A stretch of 62,634 bases of DNA, filler included. It is 9 parts of 9 records of this genome, joined end to end, with 100 filler letters (N's around TTAATTAATTAA, not from the genome) between each part and the next. Parts side by side here need not be neighbours in the genome. Positions count along the whole stretch, not along the records: positions 14,004 to 30,370 come from SRR20825010_7230; positions 30,471 to 41,640 come from SRR20825010_7232; 7 more parts are not named here. One strand, given 5' to 3'. The notes beneath the pieces were generated by a model, which worked only from the letters and a program-made list of their open reading frames with translations, made no database searches and had not been told where the DNA came from. This document shows, one piece after another, positions 20,718 through 31,131 of this stretch. The translations under genes were made by a program, and so were the position numbers. Each line of letters starts with the position of its first letter. Position 1 is the first letter of the stretch.

Positions 20718-21484
20718 ATACATGGAGCAAACACGCAGCTCAATTCACTGCGTTTGGTCTTTTGTTCTTGCTGCTCGGCCTATTGTTGCCCGAGGCCCAC
20801 GCCCAGCAGGTACTGCCAGGTGTCACAGCCAGCCCCGGTGCCAATGGCACCACCAATTACAGCGTGCCCATTCAAACACTGCTGTTTTTTACATTCTTAA
20901 GTTTTTTACCCGCATTGCTATTGATGATGACGGGTTTTACACGCATTGTGATTGTCATGTCGCTGCTGCGCATGGCCTTGGGCACCCAGAACTCGCCTCC
21001 CAACCAGGTCATCATCGGGCTAAGCATGTTTCTGACCTTTTTCATCATGGCACCCGTGTTTGACCGCGTGTACGAAAACGCCTACCTGCCGTTTTCCAAC
21101 AATGAAATCGAGTTTCAGGAAATGACCGACCGCGCCAGCGTGCCCATAAAAGATTTCATGCTGAAACAAACCCGAGAACCCGATCTGGCCCTGTTCATGC
21201 GCCTGGGCAAAGTAGAAAACCTGCAGAACCCGGAAGATGTGCCACTGCGCGTGCTGATCCCCGCGTTTGTTACCAGCGAATTGAAAACCGCCTTTCAAAT
21301 CGGTTTCATGATTTTTCTGCCCTTCCTTGTGATCGACCTGATTGTGGCCAGCGTGCTCATGTCCATGGGTATGATGATGCTCTCGCCCATGCTGATTTCA
21401 CTGCCATTCAAAATCATGCTGTTTGTGCTGGTCGATGGCTGGACCCTGCTGGTGGGCTCGCTAGTCGCCAGCTTTGAAACCTGA
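20714..21484 (+). CDS. fliP: Flagellar export gate protein FliP
   Basis: MMTGFTRI, SPPNQV, PAFVTSELKTAFQIGF, LPFKIMLFVLVDGW. Confidence 0.97.
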   Translation: MNTWSKHAAQFTAFGLLFLLLGLLLPEAHAQQVLPGVTASPGANGTTNYSVPIQTLLFFTFLSFLPALLLMMTGFTRIVIVMSLLRMALGTQNSPPNQVIIGLSMFLTFFIMAPVFDRVYENAYLPFSNNEIEFQEMTDRASVPIKDFMLKQTREPDLALFMRLGKVENLQNPEDVPLRVLIPAFVTSELKTAFQIGFMIFLPFLVIDLIVASVLMSMGMMMLSPMLISLPFKIMLFVLVDGWTLLVGSLVASFET

Positions 21485-21504
21485 ACTGAATTGAGTACAC
21501 GCAC

Positions 21505-21774
21505 ATGAACAGCCAAACCGTATTGAACCTGGGACAAAACGCACTGGAAGTGATGTTAATGGTCTCCGGCCCGTTGCTGCTCGTCGCATTGATCGTGGGC
21601 CTGCTCGTCAGCATTTTGCAAGCGGCCACGCAGATCAACGAAATGACACTGTCGTTCATCCCCAAAATTCTGGGCATCTTCGGCACACTGTTGTTGCTGG
21701 GCCCCTGGATGTTGTCCACTTTGGTGGACTACACACAAAGGCTGATCATGAACATTCCAAATGTGATCGGCTAA
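21505..21774 (+). CDS. fliQ: Flagellar export gate protein FliQ
   Basis: QAATQINEMTLSFIPK. Confidence 0.97.
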   Translation: MNSQTVLNLGQNALEVMLMVSGPLLLVALIVGLLVSILQAATQINEMTLSFIPKILGIFGTLLLLGPWMLSTLVDYTQRLIMNIPNVIG

Positions 21775-21787
21775 ACAAAGGGCGCCA

Positions 21788-22552
21788 ATGGTCGAGATCA
21801 ACGGCGAACAACTGGCAATATGGATCGCCACTTTTTTGTGGCCCTTCATTCGCATACTTGCAATGTTGGCCACCGCACCGGTGTTCGACAACCGCACCGT
21901 GCAACGCCGCACACGCGTGGGCCTTGCAGCCCTGATCGCCATCCTGATGATGCCCCTGCTGCCTGCACCACCCGTGCTTAGCTCGGCACAAGCCATACCT
22001 GTATTGATTCAGCAAATCCTGATTGGTGTGGCCATGGGGTTTTCCATGCGGCTGGTGTTCGCTGCGTTCGAAATGGCGGGCGACCTGCTGGGCCTTCAAA
22101 TGGGTCTGGCTTTCGCGCAATTCATTGACCCCGCACGTGGATCACAAACGCCCCTGATCGGCAGCTTTCTTGGCGTGCTGGCCAGCTTGGTATTTCTGGT
22201 AATCGATGGGCATTTGCTCGTGATCGCTGCGGTGGTCCAAAGTTTTGAACTGATCCCGATCAGTGCCGATCTTAGCGTGGTCAACCCGCAAAACATTGCA
22301 ATGGCTGGCAGCATCATGTTCATGCTCGCATTGCAAATTTCCCTGCCTGTGTTGGCCTCGGTTCTGATCAGCAACATCGTGTTGGGCATTCTGGCGCGTG
22401 CAGCGCCTCAGTTGAACGTCATGTCGATTGGCTTTTCAATCACCATTGGCGCTGGTTTGTGGGTGTTGTGGGTCAGCTTGCCCTACTTCATCGCAGGCAT
22501 TGATGGCGCCATTGGCCGGCTGCTCAGTATCTCGGTACTGAATTTGGGATAA
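21788..22552 (+). CDS. fliR: Flagellar export gate protein FliR
   Basis: WPFIRI, AGDLLGLQMGL, DGHL, RAAPQLN. Confidence 0.96.
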   Translation: MVEINGEQLAIWIATFLWPFIRILAMLATAPVFDNRTVQRRTRVGLAALIAILMMPLLPAPPVLSSAQAIPVLIQQILIGVAMGFSMRLVFAAFEMAGDLLGLQMGLAFAQFIDPARGSQTPLIGSFLGVLASLVFLVIDGHLLVIAAVVQSFELIPISADLSVVNPQNIAMAGSIMFMLALQISLPVLASVLISNIVLGILARAAPQLNVMSIGFSITIGAGLWVLWVSLPYFIAGIDGAIGRLLSISVLNLG

Positions 22553-23002
22553 TTATTCCAGAAAAAAATCAGTGTCAGCGGCAACGCTTGTACCGGACAA
22601 ACCACCTGCTTGCGTCGTGCTTCTGGAAATATGATAACGAATCACATCAATCAGGTGTTCCACTTCAAAAGGCTTGACCAGGTAATCGTTCGCCCCCAAT
22701 GCGAAAGCTTGCTGCAAATCACTGGCTTCGCTGCGGGCACTCAACAACACAAATGGAATTGATTTAAATACAGCATCGTTGCGCACCGCTCTCAACAATT
22801 CAAAGCCGTCCATTTTCGGCATCATCAGATCACTGACAATCAAACAAGGCATTACAAGCCCTTTGGAATGGCTGCCCTGCAAGCATTCAAACGCCATCGC
22901 GCCATCACATGCCTCGGTCACATCAAGTCCGCTCAACTGAAGCAGCTGGGACAAATTACTCAAAATCGTGGGGTCATCTTCAACAATCATGACACGCGGC
23001 AT
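22553..23002 (-). CDS. Single-domain response regulator (receiver)
   Basis: IVEDD, SDLMMPKMDG (phospho-Asp), LLSA, DYLVKPF. Confidence 0.92.
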   Translation of the reverse strand: MPRVMIVEDDPTILSNLSQLLQLSGLDVTEACDGAMAFECLQGSHSKGLVMPCLIVSDLMMPKMDGFELLRAVRNDAVFKSIPFVLLSARSEASDLQQAFALGANDYLVKPFEVEHLIDVIRYHISRSTTQAGGLSGTSVAADTDFFLE

Positions 23003-25038
23003 GCTTCCTCTCTCAGTGATGGCAAATCAACACACAACCAATGGCGATTACCCTTGTTCTTGATCATGATGCGGCCGTTGATCAAGCGAATCACACGCTT
23101 GGTCAACAGCAAAGTAAATGGCAAATTCTCCCCTTTGAACGGTACCACGGTCTCAACGTGATGAGCAGGTTCAAGTTGTCCGCTTTTGATCATCCAGGCC
23201 GGCCACTCTTTCAATTCAATACAAAAATTGAGCGTATTTTGATCAGGCATCTTTATCGTCAATTTGCCCGCATCGGAATCCTTGCTTTCGGCAAAAGCCA
23301 ACATTTGGCGCATCGCCTGGGTGAACACGTATTCGTCCGAATAAAATTCGATACTGTCCAGACTCGAATCAAGATCATACTCAAACCAGTGTTGATCATG
23401 TCGCCTGCGCTGCTCCAACGCAGAAAACTGCTCAAACACTTTTTTTACATTCAGCAAAACCACATTCAAATGATTTCGGGTGAAATTTGATCCCATGAAC
23501 ATCAGTGTTTCATCCACCAAAGCGCGAAGTGACCGCAACGCCCCACCAATCTGGTCAATATAATGCAAAGCAACTTCCATGTTCAGCGGTTCTTTTTTCA
23601 ACGCACTTTCAAGTAGGGCTTTGGCAGAACCGATGACGGTCATCGGCGTTCGAATTTCATGTGACAAATACGATACAAATTGAGACTTCCTAGACGACAA
23701 CAAAGATTCTTCGTTCAACTCTTCTCGAATCGACAACTCCAGATCCATTTCCTCGGTACGGTCATGAATAATGCCCACAGCCTTGCTGGGCAAACCGTAG
23801 GCATTTTTTACCGCAACCAGGTGAATATCAAGCTTCAACAATGAACCATAGGTGGTGGTGTAGCGCACCTGGACCGCAGCACTGGGTACATTCGCAGTCA
23901 AGCAGGCCTGCAAGGCTGCATCAAGGCCTTTGATGTCTTCACTGACAATACCGGCACGCCAGGTATCCGCCAGCAATGTTGCCTGCGTGGATTCGTCCAG
24001 ACCAAACCTGCGCCGCCATGTGGCACTGAACACCACAGTCTCCTGCTCAATGTCCCACTCGAACACACCGTCTTCCAGAGTCGCAACAGCCGCCACAAGG
24101 CTGTCCACCGACATTTCATGGTCATGCTGAACCAATTCGATTGAGCGCTCCAGTTGCTCAATGCGGGTACGCTCCAGCTCCAGTTCTTCCGAGGCATTGG
24201 CAACCTGGGCCAATGCGTCCTGTTTCAATACCTGCAACTTCCGGTTGTCATCCCGCAAAACCTGAACTGATTTGTCCAGCAGCGTGTAGACATAACACAT
24301 CAACACCGAGATCATGAGCAAGGCGAAAAAACTTACAAACACCTCAAAGCCAGACCACCCTGTCCACAGGCCATACCAGGCTGGAATGCTGGAACCTTCG
24401 TTCACGTGAACAAAACCGATCAGGCTCAATGCAATCAACTGATTCAAACCCACCAAACCAAAGATGTAAATCATCCGGCTTTGAATGGGTTTGGTTTTTC
24501 CAAGCGATGTTTCATGTGCAAACTGGCTGAGCAAAGCCATGCAAACAAACAGAAAAACGTACGTTGCGATCAATCCCGACCAGCGCACGTGAATTATTTC
24601 CTGGTTATTTGGAATAAAAATGAAGGCCATGTGAATAAAAAACTGAACAAGGATGCCCAGCGAGCTATACAACAGCTTGAACATCTTCACTGTGGACTTC
24701 ACCGACTGCACCAGGTAATCCACATAGAGAAAGGCTGCGATGCACAGCAAAAAGGTAAGCACCGTACCTGAAATGCTGAACAGAGCACCTTTGGCCGAGG
24801 GCAAGGTCAGCCCCACAAAGGCCGATGCAAAAAACATGGAAATGACGTACAGGGTAATTAGCACCCCACGCCGAATCAGGTAAGGGCTGTTGGCAATCAG
24901 CGGCGGGTTTTTGATTCGAAGCTCAACACCCACCGTCATGGCCAGCAGAGAGGCAAAATAGCCGAAAGCCAATCCTGATAACTGCGCCTCTGAGATAACA
25001 GCTGCCGCGAACGCGAAATCCTCCACAAGCCAATTCAT
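22987..25038 (-). CDS. Membrane sensor histidine-kinase-like protein (multi-TM, PAS-like, HisKA) with degenerate ATPase domain
   Basis: About 7 hydrophobic segments; PAS-like DGVFEWDI; H-box KSQFVSYLSHEIRTPMT; no recognisable N, G1 or G2 boxes. Confidence 0.82.
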   Translation of the reverse strand: MNWLVEDFAFAAAVISEAQLSGLAFGYFASLLAMTVGVELRIKNPPLIANSPYLIRRGVLITLYVISMFFASAFVGLTLPSAKGALFSISGTVLTFLLCIAAFLYVDYLVQSVKSTVKMFKLLYSSLGILVQFFIHMAFIFIPNNQEIIHVRWSGLIATYVFLFVCMALLSQFAHETSLGKTKPIQSRMIYIFGLVGLNQLIALSLIGFVHVNEGSSIPAWYGLWTGWSGFEVFVSFFALLMISVLMCYVYTLLDKSVQVLRDDNRKLQVLKQDALAQVANASEELELERTRIEQLERSIELVQHDHEMSVDSLVAAVATLEDGVFEWDIEQETVVFSATWRRRFGLDESTQATLLADTWRAGIVSEDIKGLDAALQACLTANVPSAAVQVRYTTTYGSLLKLDIHLVAVKNAYGLPSKAVGIIHDRTEEMDLELSIREELNEESLLSSRKSQFVSYLSHEIRTPMTVIGSAKALLESALKKEPLNMEVALHYIDQIGGALRSLRALVDETLMFMGSNFTRNHLNVVLLNVKKVFEQFSALEQRRRHDQHWFEYDLDSSLDSIEFYSDEYVFTQAMRQMLAFAESKDSDAGKLTIKMPDQNTLNFCIELKEWPAWMIKSGQLEPAHHVETVVPFKGENLPFTLLLTKRVIRLINGRIMIKNKGNRHWLCVDLPSLREEACRVS

Positions 25039-25202
25039 GATGCCAATCGCCCCAGGTTGAATTATCCAGCTTCAAGCTGCTTTATTTATTAAAAAAACAA
25101 GCCAAGCAAGACCCAGCCGAGCATTAAACATAATTTAACAACTGAGCGGCCACGACCTATCCCCCCAAACGGGTTAACCGGTGAACAAATAGCCCGTGGA
25201 TA

Positions 25203-26615
25203 CTACTTATTAGTAGGAGCATACTGGAAATTGGCAACAACAAAAAATCCACCCAGCAACAGGGCAAACAACATACCAACTGCCCCCTCGTAGACCGTGG
25301 CAGGAAATCCATGGAATTTCCACAGCACAGTGGCCGCAACTCCGCCAGCTGACATGCACAACATGGCGATTGAAGTGAGTTTGGCGCCCAGAACTTGCCA
25401 GATCAGCACAGGAACAAAAGCGGCACCAAGTGTTCCCCAAGCCCAGACCACCAGTGAGAATACGCTTTGTTCACTCCACAGGCCGATCAGCAGGGCAAAC
25501 ACAGTAGTGGCCGCCGTGGCCGCCTTCAGCATCCAGCGGTTTTCCGAAGGCTTTGGGGGAAGGTCTTGGGTCAGCGCCGAAGAACACGACAACACCAGCG
25601 AATCTGCAGTGGACATGGTCGCCGCAAATATGCCGGCCAACATCAAGCCTGCCAGCCAGGGCGGCAACAGGTCACGCGCCATATTGGGCAAGGCCATTTC
25701 CGGGTCAAATCCACTGGACTCACCAAAATACAAGCGGCTAAGTAAACCAACAGCCGTGGCAAAGCAGTAGAACAGCAAGTAATAACTGTAATACCACAGG
25801 CGAACCCGGTTCATTTGTTTGGTGTCTTGCAAGGCCAGGAAACGGCTCACGATGTGCGGCTGACCCAATGCCGCTGCACCGGCAAACATCCAGCCCACCA
25901 CAAAAGCAATGGGGCCAGCAAAACCAGGTATATCCAATCCTGTGGGATTTGCATTGAGAAAACCATCAATGGCATTGGCCTGTTCAAGCACTTTGTCCAG
26001 ACCGCCCAAATGGCCGACTGTGGCCACCAACAGCACGACCATCGACACCACCATGAGCAACGACTGCGCAGCATCAGTCCAGATCGACGCCCGCATGCCG
26101 CCTGCAATGCTGTAGGCAATCACTACCAGTGCCACCATGCTCATACCGACGGCAGAGGGTATATCCAACATGCCTTCCAGCGCTTTGCCCCCTGCTGCAA
26201 TTTGCGCAGCCGCGTAGGTGCACAAAAACACAACACTAACCACAGCGGCCAATATCTGCCAACTGCGATTGTTTGTTCCACCCCAGCGCGCCAGCAAGCT
26301 GATGATACCGGTGGCATGAACACGGTCTGCCTCGTCGCGCATGCGTTCATGGGCGATTTTTGACGCGATCAAGTCGCCTGCAATCCAGCCCACCATCAAC
26401 CAGACTGATTGGATGCCCACCGCGTAGGTGTACCCAATCAGGCCAATGAACATGTAACCGGAATTGTTGGTGGCCACCGCCGACAGCCCGACCAGCCAGG
26501 GTGGCACACTGCGGCTGGCCACAAAATAATCTGCCGCGCTGGCCTTGGCATGCCGGGCCGAACTTAGCCCGATCAGCAGCACCACCGCAAGGCAGATGAA
26601 AAAACTGGCACCCAA
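25203..26615 (-). CDS. Sodium:solute symporter (PutP/EctI-like) in the ectoine operon
   Basis: DYFVASRS, LSAVATNNSGYMFIG, GGMRASIWTD, LGQPH, AATMSTADS; TTG start 1 nt after the ectD stop. Confidence 0.9.
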   Translation of the reverse strand: MGASFFICLAVVLLIGLSSARHAKASAADYFVASRSVPPWLVGLSAVATNNSGYMFIGLIGYTYAVGIQSVWLMVGWIAGDLIASKIAHERMRDEADRVHATGIISLLARWGGTNNRSWQILAAVVSVVFLCTYAAAQIAAGGKALEGMLDIPSAVGMSMVALVVIAYSIAGGMRASIWTDAAQSLLMVVSMVVLLVATVGHLGGLDKVLEQANAIDGFLNANPTGLDIPGFAGPIAFVVGWMFAGAAALGQPHIVSRFLALQDTKQMNRVRLWYYSYYLLFYCFATAVGLLSRLYFGESSGFDPEMALPNMARDLLPPWLAGLMLAGIFAATMSTADSLVLSCSSALTQDLPPKPSENRWMLKAATAATTVFALLIGLWSEQSVFSLVVWAWGTLGAAFVPVLIWQVLGAKLTSIAMLCMSAGGVAATVLWKFHGFPATVYEGAVGMLFALLLGGFFVVANFQYAPTNK

Positions 26616-26616
26616 G

Positions 26617-27531
26617 CTAAGCGGGCACCTGCGCCATCAAAGGCTTGACATTGCGTGCGGCAAGAAATTCTGGACGCGGCTCATCAGCGGCATAGGGGGC
26701 ATTCAATGTATTGCTGACTGCGTTGTACACGTAGAACAGATTGGCCCTTAGGTGTTCACTGGTGTTCTTGCCTGCACCGTGCATCACATTGCAGTCAAAC
26801 AACAATACCGAACCTGCCGGGGCTACCACCTCTTGCACGCCACCGCTTTCCTCCAGTAAATCGAGGAACAAAGCCGGTGGTTTGCCCACAGCCTGCTTTT
26901 TAAAAGCTTCACGGTAACCGGTGGTGTCTGGTGTTTCCCCAGGACAAGCCACAAAGGTACGGTGGCTTTTCGGCATGAATTTCAAAGAACCATCTGCCGA
27001 CACTTCATCGGTCAGCAACACGGTTGCGCTAATGGCGCGCATGCCGGGCATGCCATCTTCAGCGTGCCAGGTCTCGAAATCGCTGTGCCATTCAAAGCCA
27101 CTGCCGTAGTGCGGGCTTTTGAAATTCAAGCGCGACTGGTGAATGTACACTTGGTCATCCAGCAAAAATTGAATAACCTCCAGCATGCGTGCATTGCTGG
27201 CAGTGTCCTTCAACAAACCGTCCATGCCATGCACACCAAACAAGGTGCGCAGATGCTCACCATCGGCTTCCTTGATCAGTTGACCGGGGTGGGTTTGCGC
27301 GCAGTTCTTGCTTACACGTTCGGCTGTGGCTCGCAACTCATCCAGTTCATGCGCAGAAAACACATCGGTCAATACCAGATAGCCATCACGTTCAAACTGG
27401 GCAAGCTGTTCTTTCGTCAAGGGTGAACTGTCGGTCCACTCGCCGTAAACAACCGGCTCGGTGCGCCGAATCAGCGCACCCTCGGATTTGTCACGTGTGG
27501 GGTATGGGTCTCTTACGGCTGAAACAATCAT
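26617..27531 (-). CDS. ectD: Ectoine hydroxylase
   Basis: EctD signature FEWHSDFETWHAEDGMP; DPYPTR; FDCNVMHG. Confidence 0.96.
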   Translation of the reverse strand: MIVSAVRDPYPTRDKSEGALIRRTEPVVYGEWTDSSPLTKEQLAQFERDGYLVLTDVFSAHELDELRATAERVSKNCAQTHPGQLIKEADGEHLRTLFGVHGMDGLLKDTASNARMLEVIQFLLDDQVYIHQSRLNFKSPHYGSGFEWHSDFETWHAEDGMPGMRAISATVLLTDEVSADGSLKFMPKSHRTFVACPGETPDTTGYREAFKKQAVGKPPALFLDLLEESGGVQEVVAPAGSVLLFDCNVMHGAGKNTSEHLRANLFYVYNAVSNTLNAPYAADEPRPEFLAARNVKPLMAQVPA

Positions 27532-27552
27532 TGTGTTTTGCCTCCAATCTAT

Positions 27553-27942
27553 TTATTCGGCCAGCGCAGGGTATGCGCCGGTTTCGTCGTGCACTTCCGC
27601 ACCGGTCACCGGTGGGTTGAACACACAGGCCATAATCATGGGCTCGTCAAAGGCACGCAGAATATGCGGATCGTGCAGGTTCAAGGCATACATGGTGCCC
27701 GCTTCAATCGGGTAAACGGTGCCATCAATCTTGCTTTCAATTTCGCCCTTGCCACTCACGCAATACACACTTTCCAGGTGGTTCTTGTAATGCATGTGCA
27801 ATTCAGCTTTGGCGTGAATGGTGGTGATGTGAAAGGAAAACCCCATCTTGTCATCACGCAACAACATGCGAACACTGTCCCAGCCTTTGGAATGGATGTG
27901 CTTGTCCGTGCCCTGCACTTCGCTTAGTTTCCGGACGATCAT
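27553..27942 (-). CDS. ectC: Ectoine synthase
   Basis: MIVR..., [35 protein letters not shown]. Confidence 0.97.
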   Translation of the reverse strand: MIVRKLSEVQGTDKHIHSKGWDSVRMLLRDDKMGFSFHITTIHAKAELHMHYKNHLESVYCVSGKGEIESKIDGTVYPIEAGTMYALNLHDPHILRAFDEPMIMACVFNPPVTGAEVHDETGAYPALAE

Positions 27943-29273
27943 GCTTTCACCTTTTTGCTGTTGGTTTCCTTCTCAACCTTGGCACTGATGGTAGCCACTG
28001 CTTTTTCCAGAATGGTCAAACCTTTTTTCAGGTCTTCCATTTCAATGTTCAGGGCAGCAAACACTTTCACAACCTGACCATCGTTGCCACAGGTTTCAAT
28101 AATCATGTGGTGCTTGAAACATTCGGCCACCACTTCATCCGCCAGCGCGCCGTTTTGCATTTCAATGCCCTGCATCATGCCGCGGCCTTTCACTTGCACC
28201 GTGATGTTGTCATTGGCTTTCAAAATGCGGTTCAGGCTTTGGTTCACCACGTCGGCTCGTTGTGCAACACCGCGCTCGAACGCGGGGTTGGCCCAGTACT
28301 TTTCAAGCGCTGCGGCAGCTGTAATAAATGCATGGTTGTTGCCGCGAAAGGTGCCGTTGTGCTCGCCCGGCTTCCAGAAATCAAGGTCGGGGCGAATCAG
28401 GGTAATCGCCATGGGCAGGCCCATGCCGGAAAGTGACTTGGACAGGCAAATCAGGTCAGGCTCAATGCCTGCTTCCTCGAAACTAAAAAACGAACCTGCA
28501 CGGCCAACACCGGCCTGAATTTCGTCGAGAATCAACATGGCACCAGACTTGCGCGTTACCTTGGCCAGGTTTTTCAACCAGTCCATGGAAGCCGGGTTCA
28601 AGCCGCCTTCACCCTGCACACCTTCCACAATTACAGCGGCAGGTGCATCTTGGCCGCTCGACTTGTCGGTCAACATCTTCTCCAGGTATTCAGTGGTGTC
28701 AACACCCTCGCCCATGTAGCCGTCATAGGGGTAGCGGTCCACGCCACACAAGGTAGATGCCGATGGGCTGCGGTGATGGTTGTTTGCGGTACAAGCCAAC
28801 GCACCTTGTGTTACACCGTGAAAGCCGTTGGTAAACGCAATCACCTGTTTTCGGCCAGTAATTTTGCGCGCCAGCTTGATGGCCGCCTCTACTGAATTGG
28901 TGCCGGTGGGGCCCGTAAACTGAATTCGATACTGCATGCCACGTGGCTTCAGAATGTGGCGGCTAAATGCATCAATGAATTTGGCTTTGGCAGCGCTGTG
29001 CATGTCCAGGCTGTGCCCGATGCCGTCGTCTGCAATGTAGTCAAGCAATGCCGATTTCATCTCTGGATCGTTGTGCCCGTAGTTCAACGAGCCTGCCCCA
29101 GACAGGAAATCGAGATAATCCTGACCATTCATGTCGGTCATGTAGCTGCCCTTGGCACGCACAAACAAAGTGGGAAAACTGCGGCAATAGCTGCGCGCTT
29201 CCGACTCGTTTTTCTGGAAAGTACGAATTTTGCTCAGGGTTTGAAAGTCGATTGATTTGCTTGAGTCACTCAT
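27939..29273 (-). CDS. ectB: Diaminobutyrate-2-oxoglutarate transaminase
   Basis: [54 protein letters not shown]. Confidence 0.96.
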   Translation of the reverse strand: MSDSSKSIDFQTLSKIRTFQKNESEARSYCRSFPTLFVRAKGSYMTDMNGQDYLDFLSGAGSLNYGHNDPEMKSALLDYIADDGIGHSLDMHSAAKAKFIDAFSRHILKPRGMQYRIQFTGPTGTNSVEAAIKLARKITGRKQVIAFTNGFHGVTQGALACTANNHHRSPSASTLCGVDRYPYDGYMGEGVDTTEYLEKMLTDKSSGQDAPAAVIVEGVQGEGGLNPASMDWLKNLAKVTRKSGAMLILDEIQAGVGRAGSFFSFEEAGIEPDLICLSKSLSGMGLPMAITLIRPDLDFWKPGEHNGTFRGNNHAFITAAAALEKYWANPAFERGVAQRADVVNQSLNRILKANDNITVQVKGRGMMQGIEMQNGALADEVVAECFKHHMIIETCGNDGQVVKVFAALNIEMEDLKKGLTILEKAVATISAKVEKETNSKKVKA

Positions 29274-29797
29274 TGTTGTGCTCCTTGAGTTTGTAGTAAT
29301 GTCGCCAGCGGCGATGTTGGCAAGGCGATTTCCACCAAGACCTCGGTGTCGTGTCGACCGCCAAAATGAGACTGTTTTTCAAACCAGTCTCGTGAAGACA
29401 AATCACTGCCCCAATCGCGGGCCAATGACCTGAACAGCCCCCAGGACGCCGCATTGTCTGGCGTGATGGAAGTGTGTATTTTTCGAACATCATGTTGTTG
29501 GGCCACAACCCAGCCGATCAGGCGCTTGCCCAGGCCAAGCCCGCGGGCTTTTTCACCCACCGCCACTTGCCATACAAAAAACGTGTCGGCTTGCTTGGGC
29601 GGAATGTAGCCAGAAACCCAGGCCACAACCTCGCCGTGCAAGGTGGCCACCACGCAGGTTGGCGCGAAATGGCTGCACTGCAAGAGGTATAAGTAATGGG
29701 AATTCAGGTCGAGAGGTTTGCAAGCATCCACGAGATCGAACACGGCGGTACCGTCTTCAAGCACGGGATGTCGCAAAACGACATCATTTTTTGACAT
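29270..29797 (-). CDS. ectA: Diaminobutyrate acetyltransferase
   Basis: PLDLNSHYLYLL, FVWQVAV, ARGLGLG, SITPDNAASWGLF. Confidence 0.96.
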   Translation of the reverse strand: MSKNDVVLRHPVLEDGTAVFDLVDACKPLDLNSHYLYLLQCSHFAPTCVVATLHGEVVAWVSGYIPPKQADTFFVWQVAVGEKARGLGLGKRLIGWVVAQQHDVRKIHTSITPDNAASWGLFRSLARDWGSDLSSRDWFEKQSHFGGRHDTEVLVEIALPTSPLATLLQTQGAQQ

Positions 29798-29924
29798 TTG
29801 GACGAGATGGCTCTGTTATTGGCAGAACCATTTGCTATTAAATAATTAATCACTCCTCATCCTTTCGTAAAAGCTCCTTAAGTATTTTCAAATGCTTAAA
29901 GAGTTTTTATGAAAGAACAACTCT

Positions 29925-29953
29925 ATAATAGTTTATTTTATGAACTATTGCAA
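29925..29953 (-). promoter_or_regulatory. Sigma70-type ectA promoter overlapped by a MarR-type operator palindrome
   Basis: Minus strand TTGCAA (29953-29948), 17 nt, TATTAT (29930-29925); inverted repeat AATAGTTTAT-TTT-ATGAACTATT at 29927-29949 (9/10 arm match). Confidence 0.65.
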
Positions 29954-30091
29954 ACCACACCCTGCGGCAAAGCACATCGGGCCAAATTGTTAAATTTGGT
30001 GGGATTGCTCTAAGCGCCAGAATTTTCAACTCACCATGCCTGTTAATCACTACAATTCATCAAAATGAATTAAATCATCGAGTCAGCGAGC

Positions 30092-30370
30092 ATGGACAGC
30101 ACCCTACAAGATTCCCTTATTTCGCTTCGCAGAATTATTCGGGCGACCGAATCAAGCGCCCGCGAGCTGGCCAAAAAAGCAGACATGGCCACCTCAGAGC
30201 TATTGACACTGCAATCGGTGGCAGACAACCCGGGCATCTCCCCAGGCGAACTTGCGAAGTCACTCAGCCTGTCCCCCGTGACATCCACAGTGATTCTTCA
30301 AAAGCTTGAAAGCCGGGGATTAATCGAGAAAATTCGTAGTACGGTGGACAAACGCCGCCTGGAAGTGGTG
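30092..30370 (+). CDS. ectR: MarR-family regulator divergent from ectABCD (EctR-like); 3' truncated
   Basis: LISLRRIIRATE, HTH, LESRGLIEKIRSTVDKRR; divergent position. Confidence 0.8.
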
Positions 30371-30470
30371 NNNNNNNNNNNNNNNNNNNNNNNNNNNNNN
30401 NNNNNNNNNNNNNNTTAATTAATTAANNNNNNNNNNNNNNNNNNNNNNNNNNNNNNNNNNNNNNNNNNNN
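30371..30470. other. Artificial contig spacer
   Basis: N-run + TTAATTAATTAA + N-run. Confidence 0.99.
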
Positions 30471-31119
30471 CGTCGCCAAAGCCCTGATAGGCGATGTCGA
30501 CCATGGGAGTCGCACCGGTTTTCAGCAGCAGGTCAATCACCGCCTGCCACTGGGTCACGTTCAGGTTCGCGCCGGTCGGGTTGTGGCAGCAGCCGTGCAG
30601 CAGCACGATGTCGCCCTTTTTGGCCTGCGCGAGGTCGGCCATCATGCCGTCGAAGTTCACGCCACCCGTTTCGGAATCGAAATAGCGGTACATCACCGTT
30701 TCGATCCCTAGAAATTTGAGGATCGACAGGTGGTTGGGCCATGTCGGGTCACTGACGAACACCCGCACGTCGGGATTGGCCATGCGCGCCATGTCAAAGG
30801 CCTGCCGCACGGCACCGGTGCCGCCTGGCGTCGCCGCTGCGGCCACGTTCTCACGCGGGACAGTATCGCCCAGCACCAGTGCGATCATCGCATCCGAAAA
30901 CCCCGGATCGCCCGCAAGGCCGGTATAGGCCTTGGTCTGCTCCGCCTGCCACAGTTGCTGTTCGGCGGATTTGATCGCGCGCATGATCGGCGTATTGCCG
31001 GTGACATCCTTGTAGACGCCGACGCCAAGGTCGATCTTGCCGTCGCGCGGATCCTCGCGAAAGGACTGCATCAGCATCAGGATCTTGTCGGCGGGTTGTT
31101 CCTTGATCGTCTCGAACAT
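30471..31119 (-). CDS. tyrB: Aromatic amino acid/aspartate aminotransferase; 3' truncated
   Basis: KIDLGVGVYKD, TPGGTGA, PTWPNH, HGCCHNPTG, DIAYQGF. Confidence 0.92.
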
Positions 31120-31131
31120 GTCTTTCTCCGG

